Assembly: GCA_964428805.1 (NCBI GenBank)
Contig: CAYRZF010000005.1
Coordinates: forward strand, 3,457 to 49,372
Origin: an uncultured bacterium
GTDB lineage: Bacteria > Methylomirabilota > Methylomirabilia > Rokubacteriales > CSP1-6
Reading direction: 5' to 3'
Length of the DNA stretch: 45,916 bases
Shown here one piece after another: positions 37,760 through 45,916 of this stretch. Positions within the stretch are counted from its first letter, which is position 1; each line of letters starts with the position of its first letter. Below the pieces are notes generated by a model. It worked only from the letters and a program-made list of their open reading frames with translations, was not told the DNA's origin and did not search any database. Both the position numbers and the translations under genes were made by a program.

Positions 37760-38710
37760 TTATCGTAGGTCGCCTGCGTGACGCTGAACGAGGTGCATCA
37801 GCACTCCATACAGACTCTTCGGGTGGATGAACCCGATCAGCGCGCGTCGCGATCCGGGGCGACCGACCGGATCAATGAGCGCGTGCCCCGCTCGCCCCAG
37901 GGCGGCCAGCGCGACGTTGATGTCACTGACCTTGAGGGCCAGGTGGTGCAGGCCGGCACCACGCGTAGCGATGAAGCGGCCGATCGCTCCTTGGTCCTGC
38001 CGGGTGTTCCCCGGTCCATCGGGCCCCACACGAACCCCTGTCGTCGGGTCGAACTCCTGGAGAAACTCGAGCTCGCAGTCACCGACGGTGATGAACGCCA
38101 CGCGGAGCCCGCCGACCGGCTCGGGAGGGCGGCTGTGACAGACGACCCCGTACCTGTCCGAGGTGAAGCTCTCCACCGCGATCTGCACCTCCAGGTCGGT
38201 CTGCGTGCTCTCGACCGCGCAGCCGAGGCGTGCGGAGAACGCCTCGACGGCCGCCCCGTTGTCAGCGCTCGCCACCCCGACGTGGTCAATGCGCTCGACC
38301 AAGCCCTGGCGGGAGCCCTCGAGAGAAAGAGGCTCGGAAAGGTACGTTCTGACGCCGACAGTCGCCTCTGGAGACAGCAGCACCCGCCTGGTCCCGTTGA
38401 GGCCGACACTCGGTTCCGCCTCAGCGACAGCAATCCCCGCGGCCGTCGCCGCGTGCGCCGCCGCCAAGAGATCCTTCACGCCGAGCGCGAGGTGGTGGAT
38501 GCCCGGCTTCGACTGGCCGCCGACGAACGGGTCGCCGGGGGCAAAGAGCGCGAGCGCGCTCCGGCCGACGCTGAGGACCGGGGCCCGGCGCCCGCTCCCA
38601 CCGATGGCGCAGTCGGTACGTCTGAGTCCGAAGTCGCGCTGGAACAGGGCAGCGGCTGCCTCAACGTCAGTCACGACCAGCGCCGCGTAGACGAGGTTCT
38701 CTCCGATCAT
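37760..38710 (-). CDS. two-module VOC (glyoxalase/dioxygenase) family protein, C-terminal half like methylmalonyl-CoA epimerase
   Basis: The second module (IDHVGVA.., GGLRVAFITVGDCELEFLQ, GAGLHHLALKVSDI, IGFIHPKSLYGVLMHLVQ) resembles methylmalonyl-CoA epimerase. Start set at ATG 38710, preceded by GGGAGGG. Confidence 0.75.
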   Translation of the reverse strand: MIGENLVYAALVVTDVEAAAALFQRDFGLRRTDCAIGGSGRRAPVLSVGRSALALFAPGDPFVGGQSKPGIHHLALGVKDLLAAAHAATAAGIAVAEAEPSVGLNGTRRVLLSPEATVGVRTYLSEPLSLEGSRQGLVERIDHVGVASADNGAAVEAFSARLGCAVESTQTDLEVQIAVESFTSDRYGVVCHSRPPEPVGGLRVAFITVGDCELEFLQEFDPTTGVRVGPDGPGNTRQDQGAIGRFIATRGAGLHHLALKVSDINVALAALGRAGHALIDPVGRPGSRRALIGFIHPKSLYGVLMHLVQRHAGDLR

Positions 38711-38790
38711 GGCGAGCCCTCCCGCGAAGACGCTCTCCATTATAAAATGATAGCCAGCACTATGGGGGAAATGCCATTCGGAGGCGGGCC

Positions 38791-39096
38791 ATGGAAGCCG
38801 TGAAGGTGTTTGACCACAAGGGTGAGTTCTTCCGCGTGCTCCAGGAGACGAGCCGGAGCCAGACGGCAATCATGACGATCGCCCCGGGTCGAGACGCCGG
38901 TCCCGAGGAAGTGCACCGGGGGGATCAGATCATCTACATCGTGGAGGGCGAGGCCGTCGTGCGGGTGGACGGCAACGAGCACCGCGCCGGTCAGGGCTCC
39001 CTTCTGACGATCCCCGCCGGGACCCGTCACCACGTCCGAAATCCCGGGGCAACCTCCCTCTTCTTCCTCACCGTCTACGCTCCTCCCGAGTACTGA
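38791..39096 (+). CDS. cupin-domain protein
   Basis: 101 aa with a single cupin barrel (GPEEVHRGDQIIYIVEGEAVVRVDG...IPAGTRHHVRN). GGAGG Shine-Dalgarno. Confidence 0.8.
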   Translation: MEAVKVFDHKGEFFRVLQETSRSQTAIMTIAPGRDAGPEEVHRGDQIIYIVEGEAVVRVDGNEHRAGQGSLLTIPAGTRHHVRNPGATSLFFLTVYAPPEY

Positions 39097-39134
39097 CGCC
39101 CTGGCAGGAACCTGCCCGCCGGAGGTGTGCTAGC

Positions 39135-40505
39135 ATGGGCCCGCTCATGGGTGCCACGGCCCGACTCGCCGACTTCGTCGTCAAGAGCCGCTGGGAGGAC
39201 CTGCCTCCCGCCACGATCGATCAAGCCAAGCGCGCGATCCTGGATAGCGTCGGCGTCATGCTGGCCGGATCGGTGGAACAGCCGGCCCTCATCATCCAGC
39301 GCCTCGCCGAGGTCGAAGGGGGCGCGCCCCTCTGCACGGTGCTCGGCAGGCGGGCTCGGACCGGAGGGGTGTGGGCCGCGCTGGCCAACGGCACCGCCGG
39401 CCACGCGCTGGACTTCGACGATACCAACTTCGCGCTCCTCGGCCACCCGAGCGTGCCCGTCCTCGCGGCCGCTCTGGCGGCGGGGGAGCTAGCCTTCGCC
39501 GACGGGAAGGCAGTGGTCCACGCGTTCCTCCTCGGCTTCGAAGTCGAAACGGCGCTGGCCGAGACGCTGAACCCCGCCCACTACGCCCGCGGCTGGCACG
39601 CCACCTCGACCCTCGGCAGCCTCGGCGCTGCTGCGGCCTCGGCCAAGCTCCTGAGGCTCGATCCTGCCGAGACCCGGAACGCGTTGGCCATCGCGGCGTC
39701 GCAGGCCTCGGGGCTCAAGGAGAATTTCGGGACGATGACCAAGCCGTTTCACGCCGGCCACGCGGCACGCAGCGGCGTGCTCGCCGCGCTCCTCGCCCGC
39801 GAAGGCTTCACGGGGTCGGAGATCGCCATCGAGGGACCCCAGGGGTACTTCCGCGTGTTCGGGAGCGAGAATGCCGATCCGGCGCTGGCGGTCAAGCGGC
39901 TCGGTGCGCCATGGAAGATCCTTGAAACCGGGGTAGCGGTCAAGCCCTACCCGTCCTGCGCCTGCACCCACTCGATCATCGCGGCCCTCCTGGAGCTCCG
40001 TCAGACGCACGCCATCCGCCCTGACGATGTCGCCGAGGTGACCGTGGGGGTCAATGCCCTCGTCCCCGGCATGTTGATCCACCACGACCCCCGGACCGGC
40101 CTTCAGGGAAAGTTCTCGGCCGAGTTCTGCGCCGCTTTGGCGCTCGTGGACGGCAGCGTCGGGGTCGCCAGCTTCCGAGACGAGCGAACGGGCGACCCCG
40201 CGATCCGGTCCCTGATGGGCAGAGTGAAGATGGTGGTGGACCCGTCCATCCCGGGCGACCTGGAGCACCATGTCTGGACGCGGGTGAGAGTGAGGCTGGC
40301 GGAGGGACGAACGCTGGAGATCCCGCCGAGACAGGTCCCGGGCCATCCACGAGCGCCGCTGTCCCGGCAGCAGCTCCTGGCCAAGTTCACCGACTGCGCC
40401 GGCCGCGGGCTGCCGGAAGATCGGGTGGAATCGGTTGCCGAGATGCTCGAGGGGCTCGATGGCTGCCCCGACCTCCGGAGCCTGACCGCGATCCTCCGGC
40501 CCTAG
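39135..40505 (+). CDS. MmgE/PrpD-family protein (2-methylcitrate dehydratase superfamily)
   Basis: 456 aa. N-terminus LADFVV..RWEDLP....AKRAILDSVGVMLAG and internal motifs ALDFDDT, GWHATSTLG and TKPFHAGHAARSG are typical of the family. GGAGG Shine-Dalgarno. Confidence 0.88.
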   Translation: MGPLMGATARLADFVVKSRWEDLPPATIDQAKRAILDSVGVMLAGSVEQPALIIQRLAEVEGGAPLCTVLGRRARTGGVWAALANGTAGHALDFDDTNFALLGHPSVPVLAAALAAGELAFADGKAVVHAFLLGFEVETALAETLNPAHYARGWHATSTLGSLGAAAASAKLLRLDPAETRNALAIAASQASGLKENFGTMTKPFHAGHAARSGVLAALLAREGFTGSEIAIEGPQGYFRVFGSENADPALAVKRLGAPWKILETGVAVKPYPSCACTHSIIAALLELRQTHAIRPDDVAEVTVGVNALVPGMLIHHDPRTGLQGKFSAEFCAALALVDGSVGVASFRDERTGDPAIRSLMGRVKMVVDPSIPGDLEHHVWTRVRVRLAEGRTLEIPPRQVPGHPRAPLSRQQLLAKFTDCAGRGLPEDRVESVAEMLEGLDGCPDLRSLTAILRP

Positions 40506-40634
40506 CATTCCCGCGCCGCGGCGAGAACCGAGCAGCCCAAGGCCCGAGGGACGAGCCGACCGGAGCGTACGCGGTTGTACGTGAGGATCGGCGAGGAGCG
40601 AGAACGCCGGGATGCGACAGTTATCGGCGCGGCG

Positions 40635-41366
40635 CTAGCCCCCCAGGTAGAGGCGCTTCACCTCCGGATCCATCAAGAGCGACTGCCCGCTCCCCTCGAA
40701 GCGGTTCCGTCCCAGCTCGAGCACGTACCCCCGGTCGGCCACCGACAGCACCTTCGCCGCGTTCTGCTCCACCACCATCATCGTGTAGCCGGCCCGCCTC
40801 ATCTGGGCCAGCTTCTCGAAGATCAGCGTGACGAACTTGGGCGAGAGGCCCAGCGAGGGCTCGTCGAGAAGAATGAGCTTGGGACTCGTCATGAGGGCCC
40901 GTGCGATCGCCACCATCTGCTGCTCTCCTCCCGACATCGTGCCCGCCTTCTGGTGCTTCCGCTCCGCCAGGATGGGAAAGAGGGCATACACGCCCTCCAG
41001 CGCCTCCCTCACCCGCGCCGGATCCCTCTCGATGTACGCCCCCATTTCCAGGTTCTCGAGCACGGTCATCTGGGGAAAGACGATCCGCCCCTGGGGGACA
41101 TAGGCGAGGCCCAGCCTGAGCACCTGATCGGGCCGGAGCCCCGTGATCTCCCGGCCGTCGAAGAGAACGCGGCCGGACGTGGGCCGGAGCAGACCGATGA
41201 TGGTCTTGAAGGCGGTGGACTTGCCCGCGCCGTTGGGACCGATGACGCTCACCATCTCCCCCGGCCGCACCGCCAGCGTCACGCCGTGGAGGATTTCCAT
41301 TTTCCCGTAGCCGGCCGAGATCTCCTCGGCTCTGAGCAGGTAGCCGTCGGACCCCGTCTGGCTCAT
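40635..41366 (-). CDS. livF: branched-chain amino acid-type ABC transporter ATP-binding protein (LivF-like)
   Basis: Walker A GPNGAGKST, signature MSGGEQQM, Walker B LILLDEPSLGL, and the LivF-type C-terminus EVKRLYLGG. Confidence 0.9.
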   Translation of the reverse strand: MSQTGSDGYLLRAEEISAGYGKMEILHGVTLAVRPGEMVSVIGPNGAGKSTAFKTIIGLLRPTSGRVLFDGREITGLRPDQVLRLGLAYVPQGRIVFPQMTVLENLEMGAYIERDPARVREALEGVYALFPILAERKHQKAGTMSGGEQQMVAIARALMTSPKLILLDEPSLGLSPKFVTLIFEKLAQMRRAGYTMMVVEQNAAKVLSVADRGYVLELGRNRFEGSGQSLLMDPEVKRLYLGG

Positions 41367-42059
41367 TCACTCTTCCCGTTCGCACACGTAGAGCACGTGC
41401 GGGTAGGGCAGATAATCTGCCATCGGCTGGCGATGCACCCGGAACCCCACTTCCATCAGCAACGCCTCGAGTTCCCCGCTCGGCCAGTAGCGGACCGGCG
41501 TCCGCGGATCCATGAGTCGATCCAGGGAGTACGTGAACCAGCGCTTGTACGCGGGCCGGGTATCCACATCCTTGACGATCAGGCGACCTCCGGGACTCAC
41601 CCCTTTGAAGAGTTGTTCAAGCAGCGGCCGGACCGTCTCCTCCGGGATGTGGTGGATGATGTCGAGCATGTAGGCGCCGGCGTAGATCCCGTCAGCGCGG
41701 TAAGCGACAGCATCCGCCACCGCGTACGCCACGTTCCCGAGGCCGAGTCGCCCGGCCGCTCGTTCGGCCATCGCGATCCGGCGGGGGTTAATATCCAGCC
41801 CCCGCAGCGTCAGCCGCGGGAACACCTGAGCGTAGTAGAGGGAGAACAGGCCGAAGCCACAGCCGACGTCGAGGACGGACCCGGCGGGCGGCAGGTGCTG
41901 TCCGATCGCGTCGAGGAAGCGCTGGCGGAGGATCCAAAAGCGCCCCCAGCAGTAGGCGCGCACGACCCAGTCGTCGTAGGCCCGGATGACCCTACCGATC
42001 GCGGCGCTGTGCATAGAGCCGGTAGCCGTGCCGCTCCTGATCAAGCACGTAGCTCGCAT
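41367..42059 (-). CDS. class I SAM-dependent methyltransferase
   Basis: Motif I VLDVGCGFGLFSLYYA, and post-I/II motifs (LRGLDINP, GIYAGAYMLDIIHH). The stop abuts the livF ATG with no gap. The start is 42059 or ATG 42014, and both overlap the upstream gene. Confidence 0.8.
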   Translation of the reverse strand: MRATCLIRSGTATGSMHSAAIGRVIRAYDDWVVRAYCWGRFWILRQRFLDAIGQHLPPAGSVLDVGCGFGLFSLYYAQVFPRLTLRGLDINPRRIAMAERAAGRLGLGNVAYAVADAVAYRADGIYAGAYMLDIIHHIPEETVRPLLEQLFKGVSPGGRLIVKDVDTRPAYKRWFTYSLDRLMDPRTPVRYWPSGELEALLMEVGFRVHRQPMADYLPYPHVLYVCEREE

Positions 42060-43527
42060 CGATCCAGGCGAGGAGATCAGGAAAGCCGGTCAGGCGGTCG
42101 TAGCCCCCCCCCGGCCAACCCCGCTCGAAGACAACGAGGAACTCGGACGGCTGTCGCCGCAGGGCGTCCAGGAATTCCGCTCTGAGACTCTTGATGTAGG
42201 GGGTATCGACGTCGTGGAAGAAATGAAAGTCGTAGATGAAGCGCGTGGGCTGGTTGAGCCCGAGCCTGAAGAGCGCCTGGATTCCCCCCTCGGTGGTGTC
42301 AAGTACCTGCACGCTGCCGCTCAGTTGAGCCGGCCCCTCGAGGTCTCTCACGAGCGACTGAACCCTCCGCTCCTTCTCGGCGATCCAGGCCGGGTCGAGA
42401 GCCTCCACCCCCTTGACCCCGAGGCCGATGATCAGGAGAAGCAGCCCACCTAGGAAGGCCGCTGGAATCCAGCGGCGGTGTTCCACCTGGACGCGATCCA
42501 CCCAGGAAGCGGCCAGGCAGCAGGCGAAGCCTACCAGGGGGTAGAGGTGGTACTCCCAGCCCTTGCCCTGGACCCAATAATGGACGATACCGTACCCGAG
42601 TCCCATCAGGAGAAGGCCACGCCGAATGTCGAACTGCTGCCCCGCCCATGCCCGCCAGAGCGACAGCAGCGCCAAGGCCGCGACGATGCCCAGGATCGCG
42701 GTGCTGTGGGGGTGCCAGCCGAGCGCCTGGAAGATCGAGACGCGTCCCAGAGACGAATACAGCGGCAGCATGTAGCGGGTGAGAATGTCCAAGAACGCCG
42801 TCAGGCCGCCAACCTTCCAGAGCCAGAGCGCCGCCGCGACCGGAGGGAGGAGGCCGCATCCAATGACCACGGCGAAGGCGCCCCACGGCCCTTGCCCGCG
42901 TCGGCGCGCCCCTTGGACAGCCGTCGCCGCCAGGATCAGCCAGAATAGTCCGGCGTGGGGCTTCAGCGTCATCGCGCCACCGAGCACCAGACCGGCCATG
43001 GCCAGGGGCCAAAGGCTCCGCCCGTCCTCCCAGAATCGAGCGACGAGGACGGCTCCCGCCAGAAGGAACGCCACCAAGAGGTAGTCCCGCTGACCCGCGC
43101 TCCAGGCTCCCCCGGCCAAGTGATAGACCCCGAAGAGCAGCGCGGCGAGGGCCGAAGACCAGGCCCCGAAGGGTCTACAGTACACCGCGATGAGGGCGCT
43201 GGTCCCTCCCAGCCAGAAAAGGTCGAAGAACCGCCAGGCCTCATCGCCGGAGCCCACGAGCGCCAGCACACCGAGGTGCAGGAGATAGACGCCCGGGAAA
43301 TTCATGTCGAAGAGATCGCGATACGGCGCCGCCCCCTGGCCGATGCGCCACGCCGCGTAATGCATGAGGGGAGCGTCGTGGATCAGCGGCCAGTGGCGAG
43401 AGCCCCAGGCAAGGAACACGGCTGTCGCTGAGAGCGCCACCAGCAGCAGCCCGGCCGCTCGGCGCGGCCACCCCACAGCCCGGGCGGCCACGGGGACCGT
43501 CTGCGCGATCACGACGTCATCGGCCAA
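41992..43527 (-). CDS. polytopic GT-C-like membrane glycosyltransferase (ArnT/PMT_2-like) with a C-terminal soluble domain
   Basis: About 11 predicted TM helices. The first loop (HDAPLMHYAAWRIGQGAAPYRDLFDMNFPG) resembles the acidic first periplasmic loop of GT39/GT83-type enzymes. About 140-aa hydrophilic C-terminus. Start is TTG 43527 or GTG 43512, immediately at the livG stop. Confidence 0.55.
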   Translation of the reverse strand: MADDVVIAQTVPVAARAVGWPRRAAGLLLVALSATAVFLAWGSRHWPLIHDAPLMHYAAWRIGQGAAPYRDLFDMNFPGVYLLHLGVLALVGSGDEAWRFFDLFWLGGTSALIAVYCRPFGAWSSALAALLFGVYHLAGGAWSAGQRDYLLVAFLLAGAVLVARFWEDGRSLWPLAMAGLVLGGAMTLKPHAGLFWLILAATAVQGARRRGQGPWGAFAVVIGCGLLPPVAAALWLWKVGGLTAFLDILTRYMLPLYSSLGRVSIFQALGWHPHSTAILGIVAALALLSLWRAWAGQQFDIRRGLLLMGLGYGIVHYWVQGKGWEYHLYPLVGFACCLAASWVDRVQVEHRRWIPAAFLGGLLLLIIGLGVKGVEALDPAWIAEKERRVQSLVRDLEGPAQLSGSVQVLDTTEGGIQALFRLGLNQPTRFIYDFHFFHDVDTPYIKSLRAEFLDALRRQPSEFLVVFERGWPGGGYDRLTGFPDLLAWIDASYVLDQERHGYRLYAQRRDR

Positions 43528-44227
43528 AGTAGGCCTCGATCACCCGCTCGTCCGTCTGGATGACCCCGGGCGGCCCCTCGGCGATCTTCTCCCCGTAGTC
43601 GAGGACGAAGACCGTCTCGCAGAGCCCCATGACGACCTTCATGTCGTGCTCGACGATCAGGATGGTCTTGCCCTGGTCCCGGAGCTGGGTGATCGCCGCC
43701 AGGAGCTCGTTGAGGAGCGTGGGGTTCACACCGGCGGCGGGCTCGTCCAGGAGGATCAGCTCCGGGTCGGTCATCAGGACACGGACGAACTCCAGGAGCT
43801 TCTGCTGGCCGTAGGAGAGGTTCCCGGCGTACTCGTTCCGGAGCCGGTCGAGCGTGACGAAGCGGAGCAGCTCTTCCGCCCTCCGGCGAGCCGCTTCGAA
43901 GGGCCCCTGCGTCACCACCAAGAGGTTCTCCAGGGCGGTCAGCTCGGGGAAGATCCGGATGATCTGGAACGTGCGCCCGATGCCCCGGCGGGCCACCTGG
44001 TAGGGCTTGAGGCCGTCGATGCGCTCGCCCTTGAAGCGGACCTCCCCTTGGTCGCGCCGCTCGAGGCCGGTGATGCAATTGAAGAGGGTGGTCTTTCCCG
44101 AGCCGTTAGGACCAATCAATCCATAGATCTTGCCGGGGGTTAGCGACAGCGAGCAGCGATTGACCGCGGTCACGCCGCCGAAGCGCTTGGTCACGTCGCT
44201 GACCTCGAGGATCAGGCCCGCCTGCAT
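43517..44227 (-). CDS. livG: branched-chain amino acid-type ABC transporter ATP-binding protein (LivG-like)
   Basis: Walker A GPNGSGKTT, signature LSYGQQKLLE, Walker B ILLDEPAAGV. The N-terminus has the typical LivG form. Confidence 0.9.
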   Translation of the reverse strand: MQAGLILEVSDVTKRFGGVTAVNRCSLSLTPGKIYGLIGPNGSGKTTLFNCITGLERRDQGEVRFKGERIDGLKPYQVARRGIGRTFQIIRIFPELTALENLLVVTQGPFEAARRRAEELLRFVTLDRLRNEYAGNLSYGQQKLLEFVRVLMTDPELILLDEPAAGVNPTLLNELLAAITQLRDQGKTILIVEHDMKVVMGLCETVFVLDYGEKIAEGPPGVIQTDERVIEAYFGR

Positions 44228-44228
44228 C

Positions 44229-45149
44229 TCAGATGGTCCGGGGCAGGTGATAGCGCTGCTGGAGGATCCCCAGGATCCCGCGGGGCATCAGGAGCACCAC
44301 GACGACGATGATGGCGCCGAAGAGGAACTGGTGGAGGTAGATGAACCGGGCCCAGACGAGCTCCTGGAAGACGAAGAGCGTCGCCGCGCCCAGGACCGGC
44401 CCCCAGATGGTCCCCTTGCCGCCGAAGAGGGCCATCACGATCATCGTGATCGTGATGATGAGCGGAAAAACACTGATCGGCTCGATATAGCCTGTATCCC
44501 GTGCGGAGAGCCCTCCCACCACACCGGGAACGAATGCAGACAGGAGGAAGGCGTACAGCTTGTAGCGCGCGGTGTCGATCCCCATGGCCTCGGCGGCGAC
44601 CTCGTCCTCCCGGATCGTCATGAACCTGAGACCGAAGCGCGAGGTGATGATGAAGTACGCCGCGCCCGTGACGGCCAGGGCCGAAAGCGCCATGGCGTAA
44701 TAGATCTGGACGCTGACCGGCTGGGCGGGGAAGGAAAGTCCGGAACCCCCGCCCGTGAGCCCCTCGAAGTAGGAGACCAGGACCCGCATCACTTCGTTCA
44801 GCCCGAGCATGGAGATCGCGAAGTACGGGCCCTTCAGTCTGAGGCAAGGGTAGCCGATGATCAGCGCCAGGATCACCGCCGCGACGCCGCCCACGAGAGA
44901 CGCCGGCCCCCAGTGCCAGCCGTGAGTCGTCACGAGAATTCCCGCGGCATAGGCCCCCGTGCCGAAGAAGGCCACGTGGCCGAAGGAGACATAGCCGGTC
45001 AGGCCGGAGATCAGGTTCCAGCTCTGTGCCAGGGCCACCCACATGAAGAGCTGGAGCATGAACCTGATCCCATAGCCGGTGGCGACGGTCGGGTAGAGGG
45101 CAAGCCCGACGAAAGCGACGACGAGGGCCGCCACAAACCCCCGCTTCAC
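44229..45149 (-). CDS. livM: branched-chain amino acid-type ABC transporter permease (LivM-like)
   Basis: 306-aa polytopic permease (SWNLISGLTGYVSFGHVAFFGTGAY). The GTG start forms a GTGA overlap with the livH stop. Confidence 0.88.
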   Translation of the reverse strand: MKRGFVAALVVAFVGLALYPTVATGYGIRFMLQLFMWVALAQSWNLISGLTGYVSFGHVAFFGTGAYAAGILVTTHGWHWGPASLVGGVAAVILALIIGYPCLRLKGPYFAISMLGLNEVMRVLVSYFEGLTGGGSGLSFPAQPVSVQIYYAMALSALAVTGAAYFIITSRFGLRFMTIREDEVAAEAMGIDTARYKLYAFLLSAFVPGVVGGLSARDTGYIEPISVFPLIITITMIVMALFGGKGTIWGPVLGAATLFVFQELVWARFIYLHQFLFGAIIVVVVLLMPRGILGILQQRYHLPRTI

Positions 45150-45916
45150 GTCGAACGCCCTCCGAACAGCCCCGTGGGGCGCAGGAGGAGCACCAGCACG
45201 AGCAGCACGTAGGCCACCGCCTCGGAGACCTGGGTGGTCAGAAAGAGGGAAGAGAGCTGCTCGACGAGGCCGAGCAGCATCCCCCCCAGTAGAGCCCCGG
45301 GGTAGTTCCCGGCCCCGCCGAGCACAATCACCAGGAACGACTTGAAGGTATAGACCTGTCCCATCTCCGGCTGGATGGCCACCATCACCGCCACCAGGCT
45401 CCCGCCTGCCGCCGCGAGCGCCGACGCAATACCGAAAGAGTACAGGTGGATCCGCTGGACGTTGATCCCGCAGACCATGGCAACCTCGCGGCTCTGGGAG
45501 GTGGCGCGGATGGCCTTGCCGAGCCTGGTCTTCTGAAGGAACCAGAAGGCGAAGAGGGTGAGGAACACGGCGAAGGCGAAGGAGACCAGCCGTGATTTGG
45601 AGAACGCGAAAGGCCCGAGCAGAAAGGCACCCGTGAGAAACTCCACCGAGCGGAGGTCGGAGGTGAAGGCCAGCTGAGCCATGTTCACCAGGGCGATGGA
45701 GATCCCGAACGTCAGAAGAAGTGACGAGAGTTCCGGGGCATCCACGACCCGGCGAACGAACGCCCCCTGGAGCAGTACTCCCAGGAGGAACATCAGCGGC
45801 ATCGAGACCAGGAGCGAGAGATAGGGGTTGACCCCGAGGAGCTGGAACGACCAGAAGGTCGTGTAGGCGCCCAGCATCAGGATCGTGCCGTGGGCGATGT
45901 TGATGACCCGCATGAC
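45146..45916 (-). CDS. livH: branched-chain amino acid-type ABC transporter permease (LivH-like), 5' end outside the window
   Basis: INIAHGTILMLGAYTTF corresponds to the internal INFAHG motif of LivH, so the N-terminus is cut by the window edge. The frame is open to position 45916. Confidence 0.85.
   Translation of the reverse strand, partial: VMRVINIAHGTILMLGAYTTFWSFQLLGVNPYLSLLVSMPLMFLLGVLLQGAFVRRVVDAPELSSLLLTFGISIALVNMAQLAFTSDLRSVEFLTGAFLLGPFAFSKSRLVSFAFAVFLTLFAFWFLQKTRLGKAIRATSQSREVAMVCGINVQRIHLYSFGIASALAAAGGSLVAVMVAIQPEMGQVYTFKSFLVIVLGGAGNYPGALLGGMLLGLVEQLSSLFLTTQVSEAVAYVLLVLVLLLRPTGLFGGRST

Noticed and set aside
38738-38869. Longer start for the VOC protein: ATG 38740, or the track start at 38869.
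   Set aside because: ATG 38740 is embedded in a perfect minus-strand TATAAT and has no Shine-Dalgarno. The 38869 start would overlap the divergent cupin gene. ATG 38710 has GGGAGGG at the proper spacing.

Overview
GC-rich bacterial chromosomal segment, roughly two-thirds G+C by eye. Almost every gene is on the minus strand, packed tightly, and many junctions use 4-nt ATGA/GTGA stop-start overlaps. I cannot assign a taxon from the sequence alone. Reading the minus strand from high to low coordinates, the window holds: (1) a branched-chain-amino-acid-type ABC transporter operon (livH partial, livM, livG, livF) with a GT-C-like polytopic membrane protein and a SAM methyltransferase inserted between the two ATPase genes; (2) a small plus/minus accessory block next to a tRNA cluster, made of an MmgE/PrpD-family protein, a cupin, a two-module VOC/epimerase-like protein, an orphan membrane protein behind a near-consensus sigma-54 promoter, and a truncated gene remnant; (3) tRNA-Ala(GGC) (+) and tRNA-Leu(CAA) (-), the latter flanked by a 5' and a 3' tRNA-Leu fragment; (4) a complete 11-subunit complex-I-type operon, nuoABC-[tandem NIPSNAP]-DHIJKLMN, with no nuoEFG; (5) a TetR regulator translationally coupled to an ECF sigma factor; (6) housekeeping genes rplU-rpmA-obg-proB-proA-nadD-rsfS, a DksA/TraR zinc finger, a LapA/LapB-like TPR protein, comF-like, gap-pgk-tpiA-secG, and a peptide-type ABC binding protein with two permeases; (7) tRNA-Leu(GAG); (8) lipA joined to a canonical nuoABCDEFGHI operon that runs off the left edge. 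The long plus-strand ORFs in the track that lie antisense to these genes are GC-driven artefacts. Most worth follow-up: the NIPSNAP gene inside the second nuo operon, the GT-C/methyltransferase pair inside the liv operon, the sigma-54-driven orphan protein, and the split tRNA-Leu locus. No CRISPR array, transposase, integrase or recognisable defence gene was seen.
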